A stretch of 64,000 nt of DNA from Vicugna vicugna (taxonomy: Eukaryota): assembly GCA_013265495.1 (NCBI GenBank), contig MU058009.1, forward strand, positions 684,001 through 748,000, given 5' to 3'. The notes beneath the pieces were generated by a model that worked only from the letters and a program-made list of their open reading frames with translations, was not told the DNA's origin and did no database searches. Position numbers and translations under genes: made by a program. Positions within the stretch are counted from its first letter, which is position 1, and every line of letters starts with the position of its first letter. Of the stretch, positions 49,600 to 62,479 are shown one piece after another.

Positions 49600-50230
49600 G
49601 GGGAAAATAAAAGCGTTGGGGGCGGAGAGGGGGAGGCCGACCTGTCGGGGAGGGTGGCTGAGTGAGAGAGAGAGTGAGGACGGGAAGGAGCGCTCCTGCG
49701 AGCAGCCTCAGCATCTTGAGCCTCGGGCTATTTTGCCGTTACATTTTAATGGGCTTTGGCGCTTTTCCTTCCTCTCTCGCTGCATTAGTGGTGCTGTTCA
49801 GGTGGTAAGCGGTCATAGTCGGTTCGGGGGAAAAGGAAACCACGCGCACAGGAGAAGTCGCCAGACACCAGCGCGAAGAACGGGGTGGGACGCCTCTCCT
49901 TCAGAAGCGGCCACAGAGGGTCCCCGCGGGGAGCGCTGGCGAGTGGGGCGGAGATGGAGGCGCCAGCGGGCCGGGACGGGGTGAGGCAGCACGAGGGACC
50001 GCAGGGGGCCAAATGCCCCCGGAGGCAGAGCCGTGGGGAGTTAGAGCCGGCGGCAGGACGGATGTCCTGGGCGAGTTCTTGCTGGTCGTCACCGACATGT
50101 CCTTCCTCACTGACTTTGTTGCTACCACTGTCACCACCTTTTGGCTTCCAGCACTGGACACTTTCTCTGCCGGCTGAGTAAGCTTATTTACCCCTCCCGA
50201 TGCCCGGCGCCCAGGCGAGCTCACGGTGTG
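49600..50230. promoter_or_regulatory. CpG island (possible promoter or enhancer)
   Basis: About 35 CpG counted by eye in 49800-50230 against a CpG-poor background; GC box GGGGCGGAG 49945-49953; not a recognisable repeat. Confidence 0.65.
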
Positions 50231-50559
50231 CCTGATGTTAAGTCTGGTTCCTTAGGAATAAGTGCACAGAGAGCAAAACAGGATTTCTCACTTTATTTCT
50301 AGATCTTATTATAATTTGTAGACATAGAATACTGATCCTTTTGATTAAATATTTTATCAACGTATTTGCTAAGGATGATGAGAGTTTACATCTCCCAGCT
50401 TCTCGCACACCCCAAGAATTCCCCTAAATGAGCTGCAGACATTACAGCATCTACTCTTCGCAGGTATTCTATGAGGTAGCGACCTCTGTTATCATTTCGT
50501 AGATGCGTATATGGAAGTCCTGCAAATGATGACTTGACCCAGCTATAAAGTAAGATTGG

Positions 50560-51860
50560 AAACCTCCAGAAAGTTTTGAACAGAATAGTGACATGATCTA
50601 ATGAATATATTTTAAAAGGATCACTTTGGCTGGACTTTAGAGGACAGGGATAGAAACCCCGAGGTCATTTGAAAGGTAAGAAATGACGGTGACTTGGACC
50701 AACATGGGAATAATGGAGTTGATGAGAAGTGAACACCTTCTCAATGATTTGTGAGAAATTTTTTAAAAAATTCTGATGGATTGGCTGTGAGGTGTGAGGG
50801 AAAGAAAGAAATCGTGGATGAAACAATGGCTTTGGACCAAGCAAATAAAGGATGCGTTGCGTTTAACTGAAATGGGAACAACTGTAGGAGGAGTGGGTTT
50901 GAGGACCAAGACCAGGATGTCCGTTTGGGGCCTATTAAGTTTGAGATGCCTATTAAATATTGAAGATTTGGAGTTAAAGACAGGTGTTAGGGCTGGCTGT
51001 ATAAACTTGGGAGTCATCCACCTGTAAATCAAAGTTGTCGTGCTGGGCGAGGTCACCGAGGGGAGGAATGTATATCTGGAACAGAGAGGACCAGGGTTCA
51101 AGCCATGGACACTCAAGTGTTTAAAGATCAGGGAACTGAGGAAGAATCAGAAAAGAAGACCAAGAAAGAGCCACCGGTGAGGTAAAAAGAAACCAAGAAT
51201 ATTCCTTTGCATCCTGGAAGCCTGGTGAAGAGGGCACACCGAGGGAAAGAAGTGGTCAGTCCTATCAAATGCTGCTAATAAATCAAATGAAATAAGGACT
51301 GAAAATGTGAAGTTAGATTTAACCATGTGTCAGTCACTGTTGACCTTGAGAGGAGCAGTTTCACTGGAGACAGTCAGGTGTGAAAGCTGGAATGGAAGTT
51401 AACAGAAGACAAATTGAGACAGTGAGTATGGAAAAACACTTCCAGGGAGTTTTGTTTTAAAGGAGTGTACAAAAAAAGGGGTCAGTAGATAGAGGGAAAT
51501 GTAGCTGTAAGCATCCATCTTTTCATGTGAAAAATTACGATATGCTCGGATGTCAATGGGAACAGCCCAGCAGTGGAGAAGAACCAGGAAATAAGGAACG
51601 GGATGGAGAGAGAAGAGAATTTCTGTAGTGATGTTCTTGAGTAGGGAGAGGTGATGAGGTCCGGTCCCCAGGATTAGGGGCTGTGTTTGGCCTGTGGTGA
51701 GCACTGGTCCTCGGTGATTAACATAAGGCGGGGAGGTAGGCAGAATAAGGACTCAGATGGGAGTAGACAGAGCTTTACGAAAGTTCTTCATAAGCAAGGT
51801 CATTAGCTAGGAGCAAGGAAGTGGGAAGGGCTGTTGGACGTTTGAGAAGAGAAGAGAATA
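50560..51860 (-). mobile_element. Long L2 LINE relic (RT region)
   Basis: ttttgaacagaatagtgacatgatct...aagtttgagatgccta...aacttgggagtcatc...tcaaatgctgct...gaccttgagaggagcagtttca; ORF 50763-51116 is its decayed RT. Confidence 0.85.
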
Positions 51861-53221
51861 CAGCGTGAAGAGTTAGATTATTCCTGTTGATTATTTTCAT
51901 CGTTTTCTGTATTTGACACTGGTTATTTTATGTCATGAAATAGACCATAGAAACTAAGCCTGCGGATCCGTCTCTTCTGGTTTGGATGCATCCGAATTTT
52001 TTTTCCCAATGGTGAGCACATGTAGTTGACACATTGTGTTGCTTTTACTGCACGCCACTGGCCTCTTACAGGACCCAAGTGTGAAGCCTGTGGATTTGAC
52101 TGCATCACAGGAAGACACCCCTACCCCCTTAAGCTATGGCTACAAAATGCTCTAGTGGCAAAGGGCCTTTTAGGTCCAGGTGTGAGAGCTGTAGCGCATT
52201 CTCTGGGTCCCTGGGCTCCGTTTTGGTTTCGGATGATGGAATCGGGTATTTCGTATTGAGGATTTCCTGTGGATTTCACAATGGTGAGTGGGAAGCACAG
52301 CTTAAACAAAGATGTAAAAGGCTGTAGGGAAAAGCAAGAACTGGGAACACAAATGCTTTGCAAGGAGACACTGCTGGGAGCAGCTGTTACTGCATTTTAA
52401 AGTGCCACTTATTTTAATTGAGGGGCAAGAGGGTAATAATCCTGTTCCACAATGATGACCTTTGTGTGGGACCTCTGGACACCTCCCAGTGCATGATGTA
52501 ATGTGGTCCAACTTCTCCTAGGAGAAAAGCCAGGTAGAGTTGCCTTATTTTTGCAAAACAGATGAAATTGGGTCATAGACTGAACATGCCTCTCCCCAGA
52601 ATATTCTGAAAGGACCGTTTCTCTGAATTCCAGATGCAGCCGTTCCAATAAGAGGGACCACGCAGAGTCAATTGCTGTTGGGTGATTCTTCCAGTAACAG
52701 AGGTCAGAAGTAATCAGGAGAGCAGTCAACTATGCCTGTAAATTTATCCCCAGGTAAGCAGGTTAAAAAGTACACATCTGATGTTTCCCCTGGTAAATAT
52801 CTGACAAATAGGGACGTGTCAGAGATCAGGGCAAGCCAAAGTTCTGAAACCTGCACGGAACAAGAAGCTCAAACTAAGAATACAACACAGAGCCGTCCTT
52901 GGGGTTTTGGGATTGCAAGAGACCCTGAGATGATGTAGGCTGAGTCAGCTTTATCCCCTCTCTAGTTCTATGAGGGCTGTTTCCCCCAACTGTGGTCTCT
53001 CTGCATCTGTTCTGTCAAGACAGGAGCCAGCTGGGAAGAAGGTAGACAAACTGACGCAGACAGCTGGGTGGATGCGCTCAGGGAGCAGTGAGGGTAGGTC
53101 ATTACGCAGGTGGATCCTAAAAGCCGTCCTCGTCCATCAGTGCAGAGTAGAGCTCCTCCCCGACAGAGTGAATTCAGGACTCTATTGGTGGCAAGGTGAT
53201 TTCCTGTCTGAATTATTGAGA

Positions 53222-53385
53222 TCAGTGCTGCTGAAATATGAATCTGCACGTGAATCATCTGGGAATTCTGTAAAAATGCAGATTTTGATTCAGAGGCTCT
53301 GGAGGGGGCCCCGAGATTCTGCATTTCTCACGAGCACGCTGGTGCGACGGTGCTGCTGGTTGGAGCACCACACTTTGTGTGGAGA
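53222..53385. mobile_element. MER5A
   Basis: gaatcatctgggaattctgtaaaaatgcagattttgattcag...ggccccgagattctgcatttctcacgagc...accacactttg. Confidence 0.8.
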
Positions 53386-56300
53386 GAAGAGGCAATTTCC
53401 GGGTCTCCGCTCTGACAGTAACTGCGTTTACTCTCCCGCTGATCTGATCGTTTGGCTGTGCACTCTCTTCCCTCAAGGAGAACTCATTTGCCTGAGGGGT
53501 TTTAGCTAAGGGGGTCCTTGTGATGCAGCACGGGAAGCAATCACTCTTTCCCTTTGCAGAGCGCTGGGGACAGCTGGGAGCTGTCCTGTCCTCTGTGGTG
53601 GATCTGGAACCTCTGTGAGCTGCTACCTACTGGTTGCATGACCTTGCGTGACTTTAGGTGGGTCACGACCCTTGGGGCTCAGGTTCCTCAGATAAGAGAA
53701 CGAGAAAGCTATTCCCCTGCTCCGTTTATGTCACTGAAAGGAAGCGATCACATTAGACAATGGATGTGAAACTACTTACAAAGGAAAAACAACAATAAAA
53801 AAAACCCTGTTCTATAAAGAGAGTCGGTAGGCTTAGCATCCTGTCAGTTGTGCCCAGTATGCAAAGTCCGAGCCCCTCCTTGAGCGAAAGCACCTGATGA
53901 ACGTGGAATGAGTGATGCCAGCATGACGGCGTCACTGTGGTCTGGGTGCTGCCTGTTGCTTTAATTGGACTCCCGCCTGCTTTCAGAGCTGAGATGCGGG
54001 TCCTCTCTAGCCTCATCTCTGCCGTGTCTGAGCTTCCCGGGGGTGGCGAGGCCTCGGGCCACCAGAACCCAGACCCCACGTGCAGGTGAGGATTATGGTT
54101 GTGATGAGTCGTAGGCATTCCGAACGCTACTTTTCTGAGTTCTCAGAGCAGCCAGATGTTTTACGTAAAACACATGCATTTTCTAATTATCTCTGCATGT
54201 TAAATGTTAGTCCCATTTCCCGGATGAAGCAGCGGGGGCCTCGGAGAAGTCAACTAACTGGTTCAACATCACACAGCTGATCTGCAACGGCTGCAGAATG
54301 TCAAGTCCTCGTGTGTCTGACTCCAAAGCCGGCCTCCACTGCCCCGTGACAAGCCGCTGTTTCTCCCTCTGGTCCGGGGATTTTCATGGTAGAGGCAGGT
54401 GACGAGCCTCATCTCGGGCCTGAGGACTCCGTGGGAAGGTGGTGATGAGCTCCGGGCTAAAGATGGGCACGTTGTGGATGTTGCCTGCAGTAACTGGAGC
54501 CACTCACCTCCCTGCAACCAGGCCCAGACTTGGGAATAGGAGAGCAGGGTTGTGGCTTCTTCCCCAGGAGAAGTTACCAGTTATAGCAGGAGGACAGTGT
54601 CTCTCTGAAGGGGACAAGTCCATCTATCACTTACAAAGTAACTAAGAGCCACTATCAGGTCAGAGGAGGAGACCTCCACTCCCAGACTGGGCAGCAAGGG
54701 ACCAGAGAAGAGCCCAGAGGAAGGGTTTAGGGAAGCGCGTGTAAACTGGATTTCCTGCGCACGGCCGGGGCGGCCCGGCCCCTGTTCTGGGCATTTATCT
54801 TCCCAACAGTGGCCTCCATCCGTGTCACGATATCTGCATTCTTGCGTCACGCTGCATTTGTCTCACTCCTGCAGACTCACTTTGTGGGATGTGTTGTATT
54901 CCCAATAATCCTCAGAAGTGCTTTTCCATGATTTATTGCCTTTCTGTGTTTATCTGACTCCCCCGCTTTTACCTTTTCTTCAACCACCATCCAATACTTT
55001 CGAGTTCTACTTTCTGGATGGCCCACATTCGTCTTCTTTTCATATTTATTTCAGCATCTGTCTTGTTCTCCCAACCTGCTTCATTCTTAGAATTTATCTT
55101 TCTTATTCTGAAAATACGTCTCCGAATACATCTTTTTCTTCCCTTCTTGGTCTTGATTTGTTTAACATTTTACATCCTCTCTGGGTTTTGCTCCTCGCCT
55201 GCAGCTGGGGCGCCTGGCGGGGTCCTGCCCTCGGGCGGTGGAGGCCGGGCTGGACCCAGCAGACGTGGGTTTGGTACCAGCTGCGTTACATCTCCGTGCA
55301 CCTCAACTTCTCGATCCACGCCAGTGGGGGATATTAAAAGCCCAAGAGATAAACTATGATCTCTGCTTTGTCTCAGAATAGCTCTGAGAGTTGGCAAGAA
55401 TGAATATTTAGTTTGAAGGCGGTAACAGGGACATTCCTGCGAAAGATACAGTCCATTTTTCATTTCTCTCACCAGCGCAAGAGGGAGAACAGGTCTGCCT
55501 CAGACTTGTTTCTGTAATCCTCGTTTTGGCCGATCTAGACTGAGGAGGGTTCCGCAGCAGTGACTGCAGTTACAGCATCAGCATTTTCATAGCTTTGAGT
55601 GAATATGCAAATTTACATGCTGGAATCACCTTTTTTTTTATCAAACATGATGATAATACCAATTATGGAATTAACATTTGAAAAGCTACGCTTGTAGCTT
55701 ACAGGCACATTCCTAGGACTTCTCTCCTTGAGACTCACCGTAATCACGTAATCACGTGAGTTAGGACTGTTCTCCCAGTTCCTGGGGGAAACTGAGACTG
55801 GAGGAGATCGAGTACCAGCTGGTCAGTGGCAGAGCCAGGATCTGAACCAGCTTCTTCTAATGTTCAGTTTTGTGCTTTTTCCCCAAATCACATCGTATTC
55901 ATGTTTGTTTTGATCTGTGATGTCATATAATTTTGAGAATTACTTTTCATTCCTTGGACTTCCTTTTATGGACCTCCTTGTCGGGTTTCACTTAGCCTCG
56001 TCTTTTTTTCCCCCTGCTATTTGTCCTGAGTCAGACCCTCTCCCTCAAGCCTAGTGACTTTCCCGAACAAACGTGACTGGCAGCGATGCCGGCGTGGGCG
56101 GACCGTGGCTGTTACTGCCTTCTACATCATTTATTTCCAATCTCTTTTCGCACTCTCTACTCCAGAAAATATTTCATCCTTTCCTGATCATCTAGGGTTT
56201 TCTCTGATGGCTGGCTGTGGAAACGCTTCCAAGGGGGAGAAGATTAATAAAACATCTCATTCTGAAAGCAGACTCCTTCCCTGCCCACAGTGACCAGATT

Positions 56301-57589
56301 GTAAAAGGCCAGCCCGACTGTGTGATGATGGTGGCTGCCCAGACCTGGCCTCCCTGGTGCCCTTGCCTGTAACATGTCTCTGCGCTGAGGCCTGAGCTTT
56401 CGCAGGGACTGGCGCTCTGCTGGAGACCCCGCTGGTGTTTAATACACATCAAACTGCTGTCCTGATGTCCCTGAGCGTTTGAAAGGGCCTGCGTGCTTCG
56501 CTCAGACCGCTCAGCCCTGGGTATGTTTTTAACACTTGACCTTCCTCTGGGAACAGCTGTGAGGGGAGTTCCATCATTTTGCTAACAGGGGCAGGGATGT
56601 TCAAGCTCTCAGCACATCTGCCTAAATCTCTTGTCATCCCAGAGTGAACCCTGGCTGTGAGCATCTCGGGGCTGCTTTTGTTTTCCTAGTCATGCTACGG
56701 CAAGCCCACACGCTCTCTGAGCTCCGACACCGTGGCTCTCCACCCTCGTGGCTCGTTCCACTCTCACCCCCGGATCCCACCTCCAGGTGACTTTGAAGAA
56801 GGAGGCAGAGAATCCCTTCCACGCCTTTCCCGTCCTCTTTCCTCTCCTGTGCTCTGTATCATGTCCCTTCCCTTCCTCCGCCCTTTCTCTTGTTTCCTAA
56901 GAGGAGGGGAGAGGTAAAAAGAAATGTGTTTCAAAGAAATAAAAACACACTCGCATTTAATATACTTTTGCTTACACCTCGGAAGACTTTCTTCCCCAAA
57001 TTCATCTTCCAAAGATATTGTTTTGCTCTCGTGCTCCAGGAGTTGGTGCCATATATCCCTCCTAATGTCATCCGTCATCTTCACCCACTCACTATCCATC
57101 TCCAAATCTAATTCAGAATTGTCCCCGAGGTGCGCACAGCTCTCCCCACAAGTGCTCGTTCTCGCATTTGTCTTTGGGCAGAAACGCTTTTGAGCCTCAG
57201 CGCCCTTCTTTCCTCAGGTCTTCCTCTCGCTCCCTTTTGTTTACTTTTTCCTTAATTCCATTTGTACCCTTAGCATTTCCTGGGTCTTATGTATCAAAGC
57301 TGACGATGACTGCAACAGTGCTTTGTGAGCTGATGAGTGCTGCGTAGATCGAATCATAAAATCTAAACGTTCTTGTATGGATTAGGTCTTTTATTAGATT
57401 TGGGATGCTCTGCTCCCACCAGCACTTAAGACTCCTTTTAAGAGCCGGGCTGCACGGGCAAATATGAATAAGGACTCAGGACAGCCACGTGCCCTCGTGC
57501 GAGAGGGGGTCGGCAGTCACCAAACCAGGTTGCAGATCATAACTGCATTGTCGTCAAGACTCTGCAGGCCTGTTTCCTAAGTGTGTTAG

Positions 57590-57958
57590 GTTGACCGCAT
57601 TCATTGCCCCAGTAATGGCCTCCCTGGTTCCACGCCTTCTGCACTTGGCTTTGCCATGCTTCCCACCTAAGAGCAGACTCTACTGTCCCACTCCTTGAAT
57701 CCAAACTGGCCTTGCAACTTGTTTTGGCCACCAGAAGTGGTGGGAGTGATGGTGTGCTGGCTCTGAGTCTAGATCTCGAGATGTCCTCCACCCTCTCTTT
57801 AGGTGCTTTACCCTGACTCTTGTCACACGCCTGTGCCACCCTGAGAATGAGCCTGCCTCACCTGCTAGAACAGGAGAGACCAGCCTGTAATCACTGAGAC
57901 CCAAAGAATTGCCCACCTATCCAATTATGTGCATCAGTCAGGGTTCTATGGAGTAGAA

Positions 57959-58006
<48 letters not shown>

Positions 58007-58512
58007 ACCTATAAATCAAGAGACTTTAAGGAATTGGCTCACATGACTATGGCTTCTGGCAAGTCTGAAATCTGTAGAGTAGGCCTGCAGCCTGGAAATT
58101 CAGGTAAGAATTGATACTGTGGTCTTGAGTCTAAAAATCTGTAGGGCGGGCTGACAGATGGGAGCCTCAAGCAGGGTTTCTATGTTGCAGTCTTAAAGCA
58201 GAATTTCCTCTTCCTTAGCAAGCTTGAGTCTTTACTCTTAAGGCCTTCAACTGATTGGATGAGACCCACCCAAATTATGGAGGGCAATTTGCTTTACTTA
58301 AAGCCTACTGATTGTAAATGTTAATCACATCGACAAAATACCGTCACAGCAACATCTAGACTCATGTTTGACCAACACCTGGACACCAATAGCCAAGTTA
58401 ACCCTCAAAATGAACCATTGTGCCATGTACCTGTGAGCAATGATAAAAGTTTACTTTCAAGTCCTTGAATTTGCTATGTAGCACTCACTGTTGTGGCAAA
58501 AGAACTCAGTCA
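57590..58512 (+). mobile_element. MaLR LTR (MLT1H-like) split by an MLT2 insertion
   Basis: tcccactccttgaatccaaactggccttgcaacttgttttggcca... (57590-57929), resuming at ctgtgagcaatgataaaag...tgctatgtagca (58423-58512). Confidence 0.6.
57930..58422 (-). mobile_element. ERVL LTR MLT2C/D-like containing (TATC)12
   Basis: tgcatcagtcagggttct...taaggaattggctcacatga...aggccttcaactgattggatgagacccaccca...aaaatgaaccat; STR 57959-58006. Confidence 0.85.
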
Positions 58513-59789
58513 AACCACTTTCTTGCTTTTTTATGAGCTAATTTGATTTTCATTGAAAGGCTGATTCCCCTTGCCATGGTAGAGCACAGAGTTGACTGTG
58601 AAGCCAAGCCCCCACCTAAGTTTAATCTACTAAAACCAAGGCATGCTAAGACGGAGCCAGTGGTCGCTTGCTTTACTTTCTAATGGAGGGCCTGGCATCA
58701 GGAGGAGTGTCACTGCATTTCCAGCCCAACAGACACTGCGAGATCGTCTAGCCTGGGGTGGGTTCTACCTCCCCTTTTCACTGCCTTTCTGAGCGTGAGG
58801 GTGTAATTGCCTTCTCTCAGCAGTGTCTTTTTGGATCTTCAGAACCCAGTGCCTCCATTTTACCCTTTCCCTTCCTTCCAGCACAATTAGCTTCTGCAGA
58901 AGGGTTAGTTATCAGTCACTTACTCCTTCCTATAAGTCAAAGAATATTTGCACTTAAAAACTTGTCCTTAATTATGGAGTGAAAGGCTTTGTTCCTTACA
59001 AATAATTCTCAGGCAATATGAGTAGATGAAGGAGATCCTTTTACAGAGATAAGAGGGAAAAGGACCTTTCTTGGACACTTGAAGTCACCCTATGCTACGT
59101 ACAAGCGATTTACGGTTATGGTGCAGAGTTTCTGTCTGTTGCTTAGATCTGAACACCGTCTCCTCTTTATGGGCCATTGAGTTGAGCTTCTATGGGAATA
59201 CTGCCAAGGTAACTTTCTTATGAAGCTTTATCTGATTTCCTCAATGCGGTAAGTCACTGCTTTGAAATGACTGAAGTACGTTTTAATAATCTCGCTTGGC
59301 ACTGATTATTCTGTCTTGAGTTGCCCTTGTTTGCATCATGCCTGCTCTTCCACTGGACGGTGGGCAATTTGAGTAAAGAATCACTTCTCCCTCTCCTTTT
59401 TCTTCCTTCCCTGCTTATACATTTGCAGAAACTCCTCTGCTGTTTGCTGGCGCTGGCCTTGGCCTCAGGAGTAAAGATACAATAGGATCTGAAGTTTAAA
59501 GAGCTCGGTTGTCGTTGGGAAAACAGTCTTGGGCACAGAGAGCTATAATGCAATGTGATCAGGGCTGTGGTTAATGTTGATTTGAGCTTTTTCACCAATT
59601 ATAGCAAAGTGCTTCAGCTCTGTATTTGGGCTCACTCTAGGAAATGAAAGAATTCACTATTGTAAAGCTCTTTCTTCTTTTCTCTTTTATCCTAACCAAC
59701 AGCCCTTGTGAATTAAAAACAGTTTTCTTTCTCCTTCAAGAATATAGTGGAGGTCAATAGTTTTTTTTTTTTTTCTGGATAGTCCACAT

Positions 59790-60170
59790 CTCTTCTCCTG
59801 TGAAACTTGTTTCAAATTCCATCCATGGGCAACTGTGCCACTGAGTCCTCCTGGCCAGGGGGCTGGTCATGTGACCCAAGCCCAGCTAATCAATAGCTTT
59901 GTGAACTTCTTTTGGGAAATAAATCCAAGGAAAGAGACTACTGTGCACCCTGGCCGTAAAGATGAGAAGACAGGAGCCCCGAAACTGCCGGTGGCCATGG
60001 GTCCAGCCTCATGGAGAAAGCAGCATGAAAGCTTGAAGGTGATGTTCATAAGGAAGCGTGGTGAGAGCAAGAGCCCAGTCAGCGTCCAGTCTTTGGGTGC
60101 GTTGACTTAGATCAGCTGCCAAACACGCTCTGTCTCTGGTCTTACCATGGGCCAGTGACTTCCCCATTCT
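59790..60170 (+). mobile_element. Old ERVL/MaLR LTR (LTR16/MLT1-like) relic
   Basis: ggtcatgtgacccaagcccagctaatca...ctgccggtggccatg...catggagaaagc. Confidence 0.45.
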
Positions 60171-62319
60171 TCCTGTCACTGTTCCTCCCCACTTACCAAT
60201 ACGTCACTTTTTAATTGCTCAGTCCGTACCTTAAGTACAAATGCACTCTTTAAAAAAATCACGTATTTGATAGGGATGAGTATATTATATCTTCTAGTTT
60301 GCAGGCTTTGATTGTGCCAGGGCTTACATTAAATGGTATATTGCCATTTAATGATGGCAGAGCTTCATCTGGCTCTTAAACTGTTTGTGGAACAATGAAA
60401 TATGAGCAGGAGAATTCTTAGATTTGATTTGTGGACCTTGAAAGTATTAGGCTTTTCAGCTTAGAAGACAGGTTTCTGAGAGCAGAGAAGCCGACATTTC
60501 AATATGTTTAATTACTCAGCCACAGAGAAGAGACAGAGCACGGGACATCTTCAGTTGACATTGAGGAACAGGAAAATGAGCCTGGACTTTGGAGTTAAGT
60601 TCTGGTTCTGCTGTAGACCAGGAACCTGCGCTGTCGGCTGGTGCCCTGGGAGCCAGGGCTGCACAAATGGGTGCACAGGCTCTTGGCTGGGGCAGTGGGA
60701 ACCAAAGGGTCTGAAGGAACATCTTGAGTGAAGGTAGGCTTTGAACCAAAGGATGAGACTGAAGTGAAAATTCTGTAGGAGGCCAGCAGATGCGGACAGT
60801 CCCAGGTGAAGATCCCAGCTGGGTCTGCAAGCCCGCAGGGCCTGAGGTTCAGAGAGTAAGTAGGAAGAGGTACCAGGAGAGGTGGCTTGATGGCTCTGTA
60901 AACAAAGAGATAGCTTTTTAAAGGGCTGCTGTGGCCTTCTCAAGTTGGGAGATGTGGACCTTTCTGAAGACTGTGTGATCTTGGGCAGGCGCTGGTCCTC
61001 TGTGCCTTTGTACCTGCAAAACAAAGGTGATTTTTACCTGCCTCCCAGACTCAGATGAAGTTATCACATAGTCGGTATTAAAATAAATAAACTCCCTCAA
61101 GCGATTCTACCCGGCTCTCTTTTTGCACATTTGAGAAGCTTCTGGCACATGCGCCAGGCTGGGGAGAGTCTCAATGAAAATCCCTGCCATGGCTGATGCA
61201 TTTCAACTAGTTGGGCCCAAGATTCTGCTCCAAGTCTTCTGTCCTTGCGGGACTTTCCTTTTATATTTCTTTCTTAAACTTTTCACCCTCATTAAATGAA
61301 GCTTCAGTTTTTGGCAAAACCCTGTTCCTGGGGGATTTCTTAAGAAGTCCCTTGTTGATTCAAAATAAAATACTTCTTCTGCAAGTCCTGTGGTAGCCGA
61401 CCTCGTCTGCACCGTAAGATCTGGAGTCTGCATAGCCTCGCATAGCCAGGATGCTCTGGTTTGAGATCCAAAATTATTCTTTCACTGAAAACACCAGGGA
61501 GGCTGGATTGTAACTAGCAGATCTTTTTAAATTTGCTTTACTTCTTGGACAGAAGCAGCTCATTATAAATCCATTCCTTATTGTGCATTTGAAGCCAAGA
61601 GAGGGAGATCATTCCTCTGAAACCAAAGCCTCTCCTTTCCTTTCAGTCACCTGAGCTTTCTGATGTTCTCTGTTCTGTATTCCCACCTGCACCTGCCAGA
61701 GCGGAGAGAAAGGGCTGCCTCTTAAAGGCACAGAGCCCCGAGAATAACAAGGTCACGTGCTAGTTATCTTTGCAGTGTGTTGGAGCAATGTTGGGTTAGA
61801 GGCTGGAAATCTGCTTGCTGTGACCCCTCTTCCTACCAACTCCTTTGTTCCCTGCTGAGAGACCCCAGTGCCTGCTTGGACCTAAATTACCTCTTGTCCC
61901 TTCTGAGACTCCAGCGGCATATTCCCGGAGCCATCCGTATAGCAGGGAGGTTGACAGCACCAAGTTGAATTTATTCATTCAACTGTCTATTCATTCATTC
62001 ACACAAAAGTTTCTTGAGCACTGACTCAGTGCCGAGGGTACCCAAAGAATAAGTATCTTAGTCTAATAGAAAAATGCAACTGAATTCCAATTTAAGGTGA
62101 AAATGGGGATACAATCAAAATTTCCCTTGGAAATCACTGAATATAGCAAGATATTCTGGAAGGAAGCTGTGGGCAGGGGTACGAAATATTTGCATGGAGG
62201 AGATGATTTCTGGATTGTGTTTTAGGGGATGTGTAGGAGTTTGGGACCTAGTTTGGAGATGATTTAGGACTGAAACATCTGAGAGCCAGGAGCAGGTGCC
62301 CAGCCCTGGGTGCAGTAGG

Positions 62320-62430
62320 GCAGAGATTCCCAGACTTGTAGGTGAATATACATCACATGGGGATCTTGTTAAAATGTAGGTTCTGAGTCTGTGGGTCTGG
62401 TATGGGGTCTGAGAGCCTGTCATGCTAATA
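62320..62430. mobile_element. MER5A fragment
   Basis: atcacatggggatcttgttaaaatgtaggttctgagtctgtgggtctggtatggggtctgagagcctg. Confidence 0.75.
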
Positions 62431-62479
62431 AATTACAGGTTAAAGATCCATTCTCTTTTTCTTATATATCTCTTAAGTC

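Noticed and set aside
50763..51116. 117-aa ORF as a functional reverse transcriptase
   Set aside because: It is a frameshifted L2 RT remnant without an intact YADD motif
55605..55612. Isolated octamer ATGCAAAT (another at 62188-62195)
   Set aside because: A few are expected by chance in 64 kb, and neither has an adjacent TATA or CpG context
56764..57213. Protein-like acidic ORF MEMDSEWVKMTDDIRRDIWHQLLEHESK (- strand)
   Set aside because: The + strand resembles a decayed L2 segment (tccccaaattcatcttcca...gctccag...catatatcc...tccaaatctaattc); there is an upstream in-frame stop and no convincing acceptor
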